From the NCBI RefSeq assembly GCF_006345805.1, contig NC_042998.1, positions 157,294,001-157,358,000 of the forward strand: DNA of 64,000 bases, read 5' to 3'. The DNA comes from Octopus sinensis. Its lineage: Eukaryota. Both the position numbers and the translations under genes were made by a program. The notes below the pieces were generated by a model, which saw only the letters and a list, made by a program, of their open reading frames with translations, was not told where the DNA came from and ran no database searches. This document shows, one piece after another, positions 37,901 through 50,876 of the stretch (its first letter is position 1; each line of letters starts with the position of its first letter).

Positions 37901-39225
37901 TATAATATCAGGCGCCTTGCTGCAAAAAGAAAGGTATTTACCTCTATCATAAGAGACCTTTTGTATGCTGATGATTGTGAGCTAGTAGCACACACAGAGA
38001 TTGATATGCAACACATTTTGAATGCATTCTCTGATCCTTGCACTGCCTTAGGATTGACAGTCAATCTCATGAAAACTGTTGTCATGCATCAACCTGCCCC
38101 AGGTAAGCAGTATAGTGTACCAAATATCTATGTGAATGGTAAACGACTTGATGTAGTCGATCAGTTTGTCTATCTGGGAAGCACTATTAATAGATATGGC
38201 AATGTGGATGATGAAATTCCATTTAGAATTAGGAAAGCAAGTGTTGCTTTCGAAAGGCTAGAAAAGCGCCTCTGGAGTCGGCGAGACATATGCAGAAAGA
38301 CAAAGATAAAGGTGTACAAGGCATGTGCGCTCCCTTCTCTTCTCTATGCCTGCGAGACGTGGGTCACATATCGATACCACCTAAAACAACTGGAACGTTT
38401 CCATCACATGTGCCTCAGACAGATCTATGGCATTAAGTGGAAGGACCGCATCAGTGATCTTGAAATATTGGAAGGCTGTCGGTGTGAAAGTATAGAAGCT
38501 CTTGTGTTAAAGCAAAGGCTCAGATGGATTGGTCATCTGGTCAGAATGAAGGATTCAAGGATGCCAAAACAACTCTTTTATGGAGAGTTAGCTAAAGGAG
38601 AACGACCTCCACATAAACCAAAAAAGAGGTATAAGGACTTGCTGAAGGCTTCCTTAAGAGATGCTTGTATCTCTCCTGACACACGGGAAGGCATAGCTAT
38701 TGATCGTGGCAGGTGGAGAAGAACTGTGCATGAGGGGACTGTGCAAAAGTGGCTACTTTTGAGAAATCTCGTGTTGCACATGAGAAAGTAAGATGGGATG
38801 TCAGGAAGGGCATCGCTGTTACACTTCTAGAAGGGAAGGGTCTTCCTTTGATTCTGACATGCAATGTCTGTGCAAGACCCTACCTCAGTAAAGCTGGACT
38901 CATGTGTCATCTTCGTAATCATAAAACGAGACAGATGAGTGACAACCTGGCCACTGGTGGTGGTGTAACACACCATACTAATTATATCTGTCAGGCATGT
39001 GGAAGAGAGTGTAATTCGGCAGGAAGACTTAAACGACATGCAAAGGTACATGAAGCCCAGTTACAACTACAGCCGGCTATTACCAGTAAAGGTTTTAGTT
39101 GCCAATTTTGTACAAGATATTGTAGATCTTTAGCTGGGCTAAAAAGTCACATTCAATCACAGCACCAGTAACAGTTAAGCTTCGTGCAATGGTCATACTC
39201 GATAACGAGGGGGCAGCCATAATAA
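34985..39225 (+). mobile_element. Near full-length RTE-clade LINE: APE endonuclease, RT and three C2H2 zinc fingers
   Basis: ~620-bp 5' UTR; IGCWNVRTL, ALSETR, SVYAPT, LGDFNARVG and TDH (APE); SPGMD, FVDLTKAFD, GVKQG and YADD (RT); C-x2-C-x12-H-x3/4-H three times in 38749-39171; short 3' UTR GGTCATACTCGATAACGAGGGGGCAGCCATAATAAT; a few stops and frameshifts. Confidence 0.95.
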
Positions 39226-39593
39226 TGTATGCATGTATGTATGTATGTATGTATGTATGTATGTATGTATGTATGTATGTATGTATGTATGTATGTATGT
39301 ATGTATGTATGTATTAACGAGTGTATGTCGCGGGGAAAGGAAAGAAAAAAGAGAAATAAAAGCAGAGAAGAGAAAATGTGTTACCTCCATAGCATATATA
39401 ATATGGTGTAATTTGAATTGATATAGCATTATTACTATAGTGGAGTTTCATGTTAAGATAACGAAAGAAAATGGAAAGAGAAAACATATCGAAGTTAGTA
39501 AGAAGGAGATTGGAATGGACGAGACATTACGAGTAAATATACATATAAAAGCTTGTACTTCTATTGTGGCTTCAAATTTTGGCACAAAGCAGC

Positions 39594-39732
39594 AATTTCG
39601 GAGGTGCAGGGAAGCCGATTACGTCGACTTTAGTGCTCAAATGGTACTTATTTAATCCACCCATAAAAAGATGAAAGGTGAGGTTGGCCTCGGCCTCAGA
39701 ACGTAACAACGGACGAAATGCCGATTCTGCCA
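39594..39732 (-). mobile_element. tRNA-derived SINE, diverged
   Basis: CGATTACGTCGAC...GGTACTTATTT...GATGAAAGG...CCTCGGC motifs. Confidence 0.6.
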
Positions 39733-39789
39733 GAACGACGCCTTAAACTTGGACATTTGTACTGAAAATGCAAGAACCAATCTAAAAGT

Positions 39790-40110
39790 TTATCAAGACT
39801 AACTTCTCTTGTTCCTCCGAGAACCTCATTTATGTTCTTACATGCGTCGATTGCCAACACAATTATATCGGACAAACGAGCCTTCGTTTACGCAGAAGAG
39901 TAGCAGTCCATAAAGAACAGATAAATCTCCCACAATACCGTCAAATTCCACTCAGTAGCCACATAGACTCTTGCGCTGGAAATAAAAATCCCAAATTTCA
40001 TATATTCCCTTTCTACCAATGTAAAGACAGAATATCTACACAAGAAAGAATCCAAAAATTCCAAACGTTTCTTAATATGCAAACTCCATGGTGACCGTAT
40101 TCCTTTTTCT
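39790..40110 (+). mobile_element. GIY-YIG endonuclease fragment of a second Neptune-type Penelope-like element (not in the ORF track)
   Basis: Manual translation: TNFSCSSENLIYVLTCVDCQHNYIGQTSLRLRRRVAVHKEQINLPQYRQIPLSSHIDSC...FHIFPFYQC, colinear with the 23780-24238 protein. Confidence 0.88.
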
Positions 40111-40593
40111 AGTATACCGTCTGACAAAAAATAGATATAAGCATCCTGTTTGACAAAAAAACCAGCATTCCAATTAAAGAGTATAAAATCCACAGAATTA
40201 TCTCCCCTTATTCACAGGAACTGGATAACTCCTAACCCATTTCCTGTTTTGACTCATAAACATCCAACATTTTCAAACAAAACACTACACTTAAACACAT
40301 GCATCCTAATCCTCCAAAGGAGTTTTTCCATGGACTAATATTGTAAAAGCATAAAGATACTACAATGTATTGGTATACTTATTTATTAATTTTTGTATAT
40401 ATTTATTATTTTTATGAAAAAACATTGTAAATTTATTTTCCCCCCTCCTCAATTTAAAAAACAATTTCCCCCCTTCCAAACCTTGAAAATTTGCCTTGCA
40501 ATGAAAGTTTGATTTCTTTTTTCATTTTACATACACCCATTTTTATTAAAATTTACTTTCAATTTAGCATTCTGCCTTATCATTTTTTCCTCT

Positions 40594-40652
<59 letters not shown>

Positions 40653-40691
40653 ACAGTATTAGTAAAATAAATGGAATTAAGATTTTAGTTA

Positions 40692-40733
40692 GTACGACAC
40701 GTGTTTCGACCCGTTCTGGGTCTCTTCCGGTAC
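40692..40733 (-). ncRNA. Minimal type I hammerhead ribozyme with a U4G substitution
   Basis: GUAC-CGGAAGA-GACCC(AGAAC)GGGUC-GAAAC-ACGU-GUC-GUAC: perfect stems I and II, palindromic stem III, GUC triplet. Confidence 0.75.
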
Positions 40734-41003
40734 ATAAATAGATAAAAAATATTAAAAAAAGAAGAAGTCTCACTATAGATTCGGTTTTACGTATCGTTAA
40801 ATGTCCGTCAACTTTGAGAATGAGTAAAAAACAGAGAAAAATTGAAACGCGAAAAATTCAAATCTGAACGTGAAAATTCTAGTTTAGAGAAAATAACGTA
40901 ATCGGCTATAGGTGTTGAAAAGGAAGTAGAAAGGAAGATAATACTAAGACGAAAAAGTTTTTGTATTCGTGCTCATAAGCACATATATATGCACAGATAC
41001 ATA

Positions 41004-41042
<39 letters not shown>

Positions 41043-41419
41043 GCACTTATACATATGCGCTCACACACGCATATCCAAGTATATGGGTATATACGTGCAA
41101 CTAGATACAGGTGCATACACACACGTATTGGCGAATGCATACATGTGTTTATAGGAACTCATATATACACGCTCACACTCGCGTATACAAATAAGTAAAT
41201 ATATACACGAACATACATACATATACACATACACACACTACACACATAGTAGATATGTAATTTTTGAACCCACCGAAAAGCTGTCAGTGGATATACCCGA
41301 CTTTGAGACGGTAAGCGCTGCGTCTAGCACGACCCATCGTATAGTTGACAGTTAAATGAATGGAGGTTTAATGGATATATTGTACGTAAATATGTATGTA
41401 ATTCTATATCTATGTGCGT

Positions 41420-41600
41420 GTGTGTGTTTGTCGTCCCAACACCATTTGACACCCGGTGTTGGTCTGCTTATGTCCCCGTATCTTAATGGTTCGGCAAAAG
41501 TGACCGATGGAATAAGAACGAGGTTTACAAATAAAAGTCCTGAGATTGATCTGTTCGACTAAAAGCCTTCAAGGCAGTAAATGACAGAAACAATTAGAAG
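41420..41600 (+). mobile_element. tRNA-derived SINE, partial
   Basis: ATGTCCCCGTA.CTTA..GGTTCGGCAAAAG.GACCGAT.GAATAAG...TTCGACTAAAA motifs. Confidence 0.65.
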
Positions 41601-44060
41601 AATAAGAGAATAAGTAGACAAGGAGACAAAATAAACTAGCAAAACTATCCAGTAATTTTTTGCTAGTTTATTTCGTCACTTTGTCTTCTCTACTGGTGCT
41701 GTATGAACATTTAATGTGGTTTATGGTCAAGTTTTGACTGCTATTTCCAGCGTGGTAGTATCTCTTAGATACTCTAAATTATAATTTTACACGTATATAC
41801 ACACACATATACACATACATATATACAAACATGTATACACACAGACTCAGACACACACCAATTGTACGAATATTGTTCCATAGTTACTCATAATACTTCC
41901 TATAATATATGTCATTGTTTTGTTTGGTTGTGAAGTCACCTGACCATTTAAAATGGCGACCTACCTCTTAACTTTCAATTTACTGTTTATTTCTTTAGAT
42001 TCTATTATGTTTCACTTCTGGAATTATTAATTTATTGATTTTCTCCTTGACCTACTGCAATTCTGAGCTCTTTGTTCTGCTCTACAACTTCTATAATCCT
42101 TTGAGTGTTCTCTTTCGAGATTTACCTATATTGAAAGTGCTTAGCTATGTCTGTTAATATATTGGTAAGGAAATAGGTTTCGTTTCTTCGATTTACTGTT
42201 AGCCATATTTACATTTCTCTTAGAATCTAGAATGTTTCACCGAGGAAACTATGTCATGCATGTTCTTGCTGAGTTTTCCCTTTCACGAGAAGAAATATCT
42301 TATCTGCTGACATTGCTATTTTTTAAAAATTTCTTTTCTTTTAGTATATTGACTACATTACATGATACTGACATTTTATTACAATTTACGAAGACGACTA
42401 TCGAGAACATTAAAATTTTATAGCATTGGCTGCCATAATTCATTGTATATTTCTCTTTGAAATTCAAAATAATAAGGAGCTGCATTAAACAGGTAAAGGT
42501 AACAGCTTGTGACAAGTATCAATAAACCAGATTAATAGCATTTTGTAACCTTGCGAAATTGGTTCAAAGTTAAACGGTAGATAAATGTTTATCTCTTTAA
42601 TCTTCTCTTTATCTGTATACTTCGATTAATACACACACATATACATATATGTGTGTGTGTGCGCGCGCGTGCATTTGTCTATGTATGTATATATATGTAT
42701 ATTCATGTATATGACATGAATGATCCATACTTCGGACACAAGCACTCATGTTCGGATATTACTAACATTAAAATTTCTGTTGATTCTCACAGAAGTCTTG
42801 CGCAAAACTGAAACTTTGTAACTGGTATATCTTTCCAAGTTTGTTTGAATCCTGTTAGATTGAATCAACACCGCAGAATGCTATGTTTTGGTTGATGATT
42901 TTGAGGAAACACCTTTAATAAGTCAAACATTTCTTGAACAAATTAATGGTAACTAAAGAAAAAGTGTAGCCATGTATTTTGTGAAAAATATGCATAACTG
43001 CATAACTGCATAACTGCTTCCTAGCCGTGTCACGACATGTGTAGGAAGAAGTTATGTCTATCAAGGAGTATCAACCTATTTTGGACGTCCGAAATGAATT
43101 CAACAAATGCAGTAAGTCTGAAAGGTAACTGAATAAAAAATTCAAGTAAGCATGATATAAATACCTCTGAAATGAATTGTTTTGAGTGTTTTAACTCTTC
43201 TGGATATGTAAAGTTGTCGTGAAATTGAATTTTAATAACTTTTATCCATACGCAGAAAACACCAAAACTGTGTTGAAAAATATGGCTTTGTATTACATTA
43301 GGATACTGTTGGTCACCTTGGGAGTTATAATTTATTGATAAATTGGTTATTTGGTTGAAAAGGTTTGATGAATAAATTTCTCAGTTTCTGCATGTAGGTG
43401 AACATCCATCTATGGAGGATTTGTTTTTATAGAAGTAAGGTCCGGATGAGGATTAGTACTAAAAAACGACTCACAAAGTCATGTTCCTTGATGATCTCAT
43501 AGTGAACTCCCAACAATTTTGGTACATGTGTAATAAAATACATTTTTTTGAAAGCATATCTGTTTTATCAAGTTCCACAAAAATATGGAAATCATTCTTA
43601 GCAGCAGTTTGTATTTCCTGCCACACAAGAGATCACATGATTTCTTGTACGACAAATTCATGTAAATTCTTGTCACAAGTAATTTCTTTGTCAAGTAATA
43701 AACAAACAACTACCTGTGATCAGAGCATACTATATTAACAGGCAATCATGTAATTGGAGGCAAGTCGATGGTCAAGTTACTCAGAAAAGAAATTATGAGT
43801 AATTTGTCAGCTGTAATTCAACTGAAATAGGATGTCACAAACTCGGTGTGGACACTTCTTTCCCCTGGATCTTTTGCTCAATCAGAACATCTATGTACAC
43901 AGTAGGAAATACTTGTGAGAAGCTCCAGCATGAAATGATACGAAATTATTTCTATAATTCGGTTTGCATGTTTTCAGATTGGTTTGAGTATGTGTGAATT
44001 TCCTGTTGGAATTATAAAATTGGGTATATGGTATGAGAATGTTTACAATGTTGCTTATTT

Positions 44061-44096
<36 letters not shown>

Positions 44097-44103
<7 letters not shown>

Positions 44104-44699
44104 ATCCAAACATGAAAACACAAAGAGAAAACACAACAACGCGAGGAATACGCAATCATTTCGGACTACATAACTGCATTTCGGATCACATAACATAAAA
44201 ACGGTTGATGCATTACTTGGTTAAGATTTGTTGGCATTTTGCCCTTGGATATTTTTTAAATACATCTCTTAAGTTACTTTACGTTGTTCATCAGAATGTA
44301 TCCCGTTTTTGATAGACTTTTTAAACGCGTGCTCCAGTTCGGACGTCCTAATTGTGGTTCAGTGAGTAAACGCCTCACAAAAACATTTTGAACAGTGCTA
44401 GTCGAACTACTGACTTGAATGGAATTTGCCATTTGTCAACTTTGTCTCATTTGTTTTATTATCATCATCTCCTTAGGATATGTCATATCTATGCACCCGT
44501 GATCAACAAGTTCAGCAGACCTTCTGCTTAATTCTAGCTATCAATTGTAGCAACTTCACAGAAATTCTTCTGATGGACTATGTGTCATGCTAATTGGCTG
44601 ATGGAGCTCACCTTTTAGTTTAGCATGGCTGTGAATGTCACTGCGTATTCCTCGCGTTGTTGTGTTTTCTCTTTGTGTTCTCATGTTTGGATTAACTAT
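44097..44699. mobile_element. ~600-bp element with 58-bp terminal inverted repeats embedded in (TA)n
   Basis: 44097-44154 and 44642-44699 are reverse complements with one mismatch; (TA)n on both sides. Confidence 0.8.
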
Positions 44700-45076
44700 A
44701 TATATATATGTCAAAATAAGTAACAGGATACCAAGTAGTGATGCAGTACGACCGTTTCAAGCGGCTCCATTTAACTGAACATTTCAATCATTACATCTTT
44801 AGCTGCACATATAAATGAATACAATTTTAACCAGTCGGGCACATTAATATAATTTTTCTCAAATATTTTAACAGAGCAAGGAGATGGAAGAAATTCGTGT
44901 TGTCGCTATTCTAGCTAAGAATAGACTTATTTCGATTTTATTCACCTTACTTCAAGTTGTACGGATAATACCGGGCTGACTTGGTGCTTCAACTTAAGTA
45001 CCTAATTCAACTGAATCTCAACTATTTCTCTCTCTCTCTCTCTCTCTCTGTATATATATATATATGTTCTTAAAAA

Positions 45077-45112
45077 CTAGAATATTACCGACAGTAACTT
45101 CGAAGTTACGGG
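45077..45112 (-). mobile_element. Helitron-like 3' terminus
   Basis: Palindrome GTAACTTCGAAGTTAC (45094-45109) followed on the minus strand by CTAG then T. Confidence 0.45.
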
Positions 45113-46139
45113 CAGCTAACCCAACGCCGGACGAAGTTAATCCTGGCTTATATAGTCTCTCTTAAAATTAAACTTTCCTTGAATTTATTGGTTTGAGTGG
45201 AGGAGCATTAACGTTGTAGTGTGAGGTGTGATGGAGAGATGTTTTGGAGACAATTCTATTGATTAAATTCTACGTAAAATAGGTGGAAGTTAAATTTAAA
45301 TGAGATACTATAACTGTTCGTTTTCCTTCAGAAATGAAAAGTAGAATACAACAAAACTATGCATCTATGCTTGAATTTTAAAATAACATGTTACTGATTT
45401 CAGCATAAATCGGACGATATGCAAACCCTACAAAGATGGGACACAAGACCAAAAGATTGTGGGAAGTGCACAGCCGAGAAGAATCTTACACGCAAAAATC
45501 TTAATAAATCTACAAACTAACCAAATGTTACACCGGGCACCTTTACTAAATGTCATCATTAATTCGACATGTACCCATCATCTGAGTGAATTGAATAATA
45601 CTAAACTATTTATCGGGAACAATCACAGAGTCTCTCCCCCTCCCTCCGTTTCTCGCTTTCGATTTGCAATTTTTATCTATTCATCACTATTCCTAATATA
45701 GTTTATATAAAAAAATACTTTGATATGTTGTAATATTTATGTTTTCATGTTCATTCTTACAAAGCTGAATGAACCAGTACTAAGCTAACAGCTTGGAACT
45801 ATCATACTCTTTCTATTTCCGTTTTGTAGCCAGCTCAGGAGACTCTATTGGTAGAGACTTCCGAGCTAACTGCACATATGCATACTTTCCATACTCATTT
45901 CATTATAGCAGTTTCTCTTCCCCCTTTCCTATTTAGGTAATGGTTAAGTGCTTTACACACACACACATACACACAATCACCACAATCGCACAAACACAAA
46001 TACACACACGCACACGCATTCAATCAGGCTGTGTGTTAAGAAGCTTGCTTTCCAAACACGTGTTTTCAGGTTCAGTCACACTGCGTGCCAAGTGTCTTTT
46101 GCTAGAGCTCCATTTAAAGGCAATGTTTTTGTTGTTTCT

Positions 46140-46582
46140 AAGGCGGTTAGCTGACAGAAACGTTAGCACGCCGGACGAAATACTTAGGGTATTTCGTCTG
46201 TCTTTGTGTTCTGAGCTCAAATTCTGCCGAGGTCGACTTGCCTTTCATCCTTTCGGGGTTGATTAAATAAGTACCAATTACACCCTGGAGTCGATGTAAT
46301 CTCTTAATACCTTTGTCTGTCCGTGTTTGTCCCCTCTTTGTTTAGCCCTTTGTGGGAAATAAAGAAATAAATATTTTTGTTGTTTCTAAGGCGGCGAGCT
46401 GGAAGAAATGCTTAGGGTATTTGGTCTGTCTTTACGTCCTGAGTTCAAATTCCGCCGAGGTCGACTTTTGCCTTTCATATTTTCAGGGTCGATAAATTAA
46501 GTACTTGTTGCGTACTGGGGTCGATATAATCGACTGTCCCATCCCCCAAAATTTCGGGCCTTGTGCCTAGAGTAGAAAAGAA
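46140..46582 (+). mobile_element. Two tandem tRNA-derived SINEs
   Basis: AAGGCGG..AGCTG..AGAAA heads at about 46140 and 46388, B-box-like GAG.TCAAATT, core GAGGTCGACTT.GCCTTTCAT; different 3' tails. Confidence 0.85.
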
Positions 46583-48574
46583 TATTTTTGTTGCTTTTTC
46601 TATCATATTTCTTTAAATTTTCTTTTTATAAAAAAAAGATATACACAAAGATATTTGATAGACGGAATGTTTCCCCAAATGATTCAAGCACTAAACAATT
46701 TACGTAGGGTGATACAATATCTTGTCTTTGTCTTTAATTATTGGCATCACCTCATGCATTTCGCCTGACTTCTCACCTGCATTGCTTAAAGGGATTCTTA
46801 AAATATTTATTTTGTTTACACATTGCAATGCTTCGAGCAAATTACAGAACTTTTATTTATATGTATGCATGCATGCCTATCTGTCTGTCTGTCTGCATGC
46901 ACATATGTATGTAGGTATGTATGCTTGTTTGAATGTTCTTATTCTCTTACATATAGAGAGTTAATTTAGAGCGGCCACCTGTTTAGTAGCAAAGCTGTTT
47001 TGTTCATCAGCCTTTAAATCTTAGAAGAACTTGCAAATTTTTTATTGTTCCAGATATCATGATCATTTGTAGTGTATGAATTAAGTAGTTCGGTTCACTC
47101 ATACTTTGCTTCAGACGGGTTGGCACGTATCCTGTTGCTCCAATAATAAATTGGTATGAAGCAGGCATATACATAACATGAAACTCGAATTACTATTTAA
47201 TTTACACATACATATACACATACGAAGGCACACACACTCATACGCACTTACTCAAATGTATAAACGTGTGCGGGGTTGTACATCTGTACACATAAACACG
47301 GGAGTATGAAAGTAGTACAGAATAAACAACAGTCTTAACTGTATTTACTGAAAGAATTATAAAGATACAATGGATTATACGCTTACTGGCATCATAAAAT
47401 AGAACCTTTTGCAAATAAACAGTTCAAAGATGTCAATCGTTTGAGTTCCATTTATGTTTATGGTGATATTTTGTTATTTTGATCCTGGTCAGTTCTCAAC
47501 AAGCAGTCCTATGACTGAAGGTAGTATATCTTATGATATACCAGCAACTACATTATTTAATTAATCTTTCTCTGTTTAAGGCAGTAAGATGAAAGTAAAG
47601 GAAAGTGTAGTTTCTGTTTCTAGCAGGCCTTCAGCTATTAACTCGGGCTCTCTAAAAGCCGTTTGATACATTTTGTTTATTTAACCGGCAAAAACGTTAT
47701 GTAGATATCTTTTTGTCAACGATTTCTTTCGTATTTCGAGTTCAAGCCACATGAGTTCACATTTGCTTTTCTCCCTACCCTCAGTATCTATCAAGTCATA
47801 TTTTTTGGTCAACTACATTTTGTTATACCCATTCTCAAACTTCTGTCACAGGGATTTACGAACCACATAAAAGTGAATGTGGTTGAGTGGTCGAACTAGC
47901 AAACTACTTGACATTTCCTTCCATTTCATGACATCTGAGATCAAATTCTGCCGGAACTAAGTTTGCCTTCAGTTCTTCATTTCAATCGACTTTTGCCTTC
48001 CTCTCAAAAATGTGTGATCTTTGCTAATACATAAAAACTTCGTATCAATGCAGTTTAGTAACTAAAACGGTACTGTAAAAATGCGGTTTAGTAATTAAAA
48101 CGGTAGTGTAAAAAACGAAATGTCATATCTGACAGGGAACGGAGCCAATGAAATATATTTGCAAGTAGAGCCGTAGTTGACTACTCCCATTTCCAATATT
48201 GTGCGGTATTGTATCAACAATATAAATCATCATTGTTATGTATAAACTTCTGTTATGGAGAGCAAATATTCCATACTTCATAATACAGAACTTAATGTCG
48301 GTTATACAATTAGCTTCTAATTGAAAAAAGAAATGTTCTTACCAAATGGTTTGAGATACTCAACAGAACATTTCTAATTACTTCTCGTTCTTGTGTATTA
48401 TTTTTGTAATATTGCATTAACTTAATTTTGCTAATGTAATTTATTACTATCGGAAAGGTCGTCTTATTAAAATTATTAAAAGCCATATGATTTCATCCAT
48501 GATTTCTTTTTTGCCGTTCAGCTTGGAATTTACGCACACACACATATAGGTACGAACATACGCACGCACACACA

Positions 48575-48618
<44 letters not shown>

Positions 48619-49699
48619 ACACACACACACAAATACACACACACACACACACAAACACATACGCACACAAACACTCTTTGAGTTCAGTTCTTGAATAGAA
48701 TATAATTATTGCGGTTGCCATGCAATACTTATTTCTCTTACATGTATAATGTAACAAATTCTGTCATTCACCACTCTTGTACCATGTTCGTTATCTGCCT
48801 TAAATTCTTGTAGCCCGTTAAATCACCCAAGGTTAAGACTTAAGTGTACCCCCGAAGAATTGATACTTTTATTGATTCTAAATAATAGTCGACTGGCACA
48901 GTACACGACTGGTAGTTATTTCATCGATGAAAGTTAATGTCAAGGTAGGCAGGGTTGTAACTCAGAAAATATGATGAAGAACGTAAATGAATTAATGGGA
49001 TCCATTTAATGGATTGTTAAAAGCATCCATTAAACTTCACGTCCTTTTGTAAACAGTAAAAATGATATCGTTTCAGAACTTCCATTCTTGCAGGCATTAT
49101 TAATGCACTATAAATAATAATTCAGTATACTAATATTATATTTACTATCGATGCAGAATTTCTGGCCGTGACTTGGCTACATCGTCAGAGGGTCAGTATT
49201 GCGTTAGTTCTTATAGTTTATTTACATTCGCAGTTCAAATCTCACCGAAGCAATAAGGGGTTCCAGAAATACACGCAACGAGATAAGAAATCATCTGGAC
49301 AAATCATCCAGAGATTGGAAATCAAAAGCATTTGTAGTATTTAGTAGGTTTTAATAGCGCAATGTCCAAAACTAAAAGGGGTGACTACAAAATTCCTTGA
49401 TTTTTCGTAGTGTTATAAACATATTCGTACCTACTGACACACCGTGCACATATTATAGAAAGCAGACGAGTGGGATCGAAGGTTGTGTCATGCACAAAGG
49501 CATTTTTCGGATGATATCTTATAGAAACTGTGTATAAACACCAACTTGATAAAATGAGTCACATTTTAACGAGGATTTGCAGGTCGTGATTTTCATCTGT
49601 TCTATAGTACAATTATGTGGTATTTAGGATTTGGGGCTATGAACCTTGGTTGCGTGAGAGTTCTTTAGAAACAAGTATAAGATAACTATTTCGATCGCA

Positions 49700-49875
49700 T
49701 GATTAGCACAAGTCCTGAAATTTGGGGGAAGAGATTTAGTCGATTACATCGACTCCAGTGCGTAACTGTTACTTATTTTATCGACCCCGAATGGATGAAA
49801 GGCAAAGTCGACCTCGGCAGAATTTGAACTCAGATCGTAGCTAAGCATTTCGTCCAGCGTGTTAAAGAATCTGCC
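49700..49875 (-). mobile_element. tRNA-derived SINE
   Basis: ATCGACCCCGAATGGATGAAAGGCAAAGTCGACCTCGGCAGAATTTGAACTCAG; further partial copies at about 47870-48030 (+), 48880-48970 (-) and 53690-53797 (-). Confidence 0.8.
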
Positions 49876-49892
49876 CCACCTCACTGTTTTAA

Positions 49893-49942
<50 letters not shown>

Positions 49943-49974
49943 ATAATAATAATAATAATAATTATCATTATTAA

Positions 49975-50345
49975 CATCCATACAGGAAGTGCAAAAGATT
50001 GTCTTAACTGGTATGTCACACGTACTGAGAAGAACATTGTCGCTGTGAATTTTCTCTCCTTTTCCCCTTTATTTGTTTACTTTTTATTTTTTCCTTTTTG
50101 TCTCTGTCTTTCTTTCTCGTTTTCTCTCTTTCTTCACCGTTTTCTTTCTTTCTTCACCGTTTTCTCCCTTTCTTCCCCGTTTTCTCTCTATCTTTCTTTC
50201 CCTTTTCTTTATCACATGACTTTGTAAATGAACAATTTGGTGTATCTATTTTAATGGCCTACTAATGTATACAGTGCGTTTCTCTGCTCTAGGTTTCAGG
50301 AAGACTCTCGGTAAGAAATGGAAACAGAATTGAAAGAAGTTAATA
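49975..50345 (+). mobile_element. Short 3' fragment of Dong-type family B
   Basis: QEVQKIVLTGMSHVLRRTLSL* and a 3' UTR resembling 60570-60790; (AAT)n on both sides. Confidence 0.75.
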
Positions 50346-50350
50346 ATGAA

Positions 50351-50409
<59 letters not shown>

Positions 50410-50574
50410 TAATATTTTATTGGTTGAACGATATTTCGACAGCTAGCCTGTCTTTGTTGAGTTCAAAATGAAAAGTGATAAAAATTGTAAATTATAGAAA
50501 TTCAACTCCAAAATATGAACGAGAGCAACCAGCGTCCTCATGCTAAAGGAATGACATCATCAGTCTTTGAATTT

Positions 50575-50637
<63 letters not shown>

Positions 50638-50802
50638 TAATATTTTATTGGTTGAACGATATTTCGACAGCTAGCCTGTCTTTGTTGAGTTCAAAATGAA
50701 AAGTGATAAAAATTGTAAATTATAGAAATTCAACTCCAAAATATGAACGAGAGCAACCAGCGTCCTCATGCTAAAGGAATGACATCATCAGTCTTTGAAT
50801 TT

Positions 50803-50871
<69 letters not shown>

Positions 50872-50875
50872 TAAT
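50351..50875. repeat. Exact tandem duplication of a ~170-bp segment separated and flanked by (TAA)n
   Basis: About 50406-50577 and 50634-50805 read identically; offset 228 bp. Confidence 0.9.
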
Positions 50876-50876
50876 A

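Noticed and set aside
39888-40193. 101-aa minus-strand ORF
   Set aside because: Antisense shadow of the plus-strand GIY-YIG fragment.
43480-43740. Partly open minus-strand frame (EIQTAAKNDFHIFVELDKTDML) loosely like a hAT transposase
   Set aside because: No diagnostic motif, an internal stop and no TIRs.
50351-50875. CRISPR-like repeat-spacer pattern
   Set aside because: The repeats are simple (TAA)n tracts of variable length, the two spacers are identical, and there are no cas genes.
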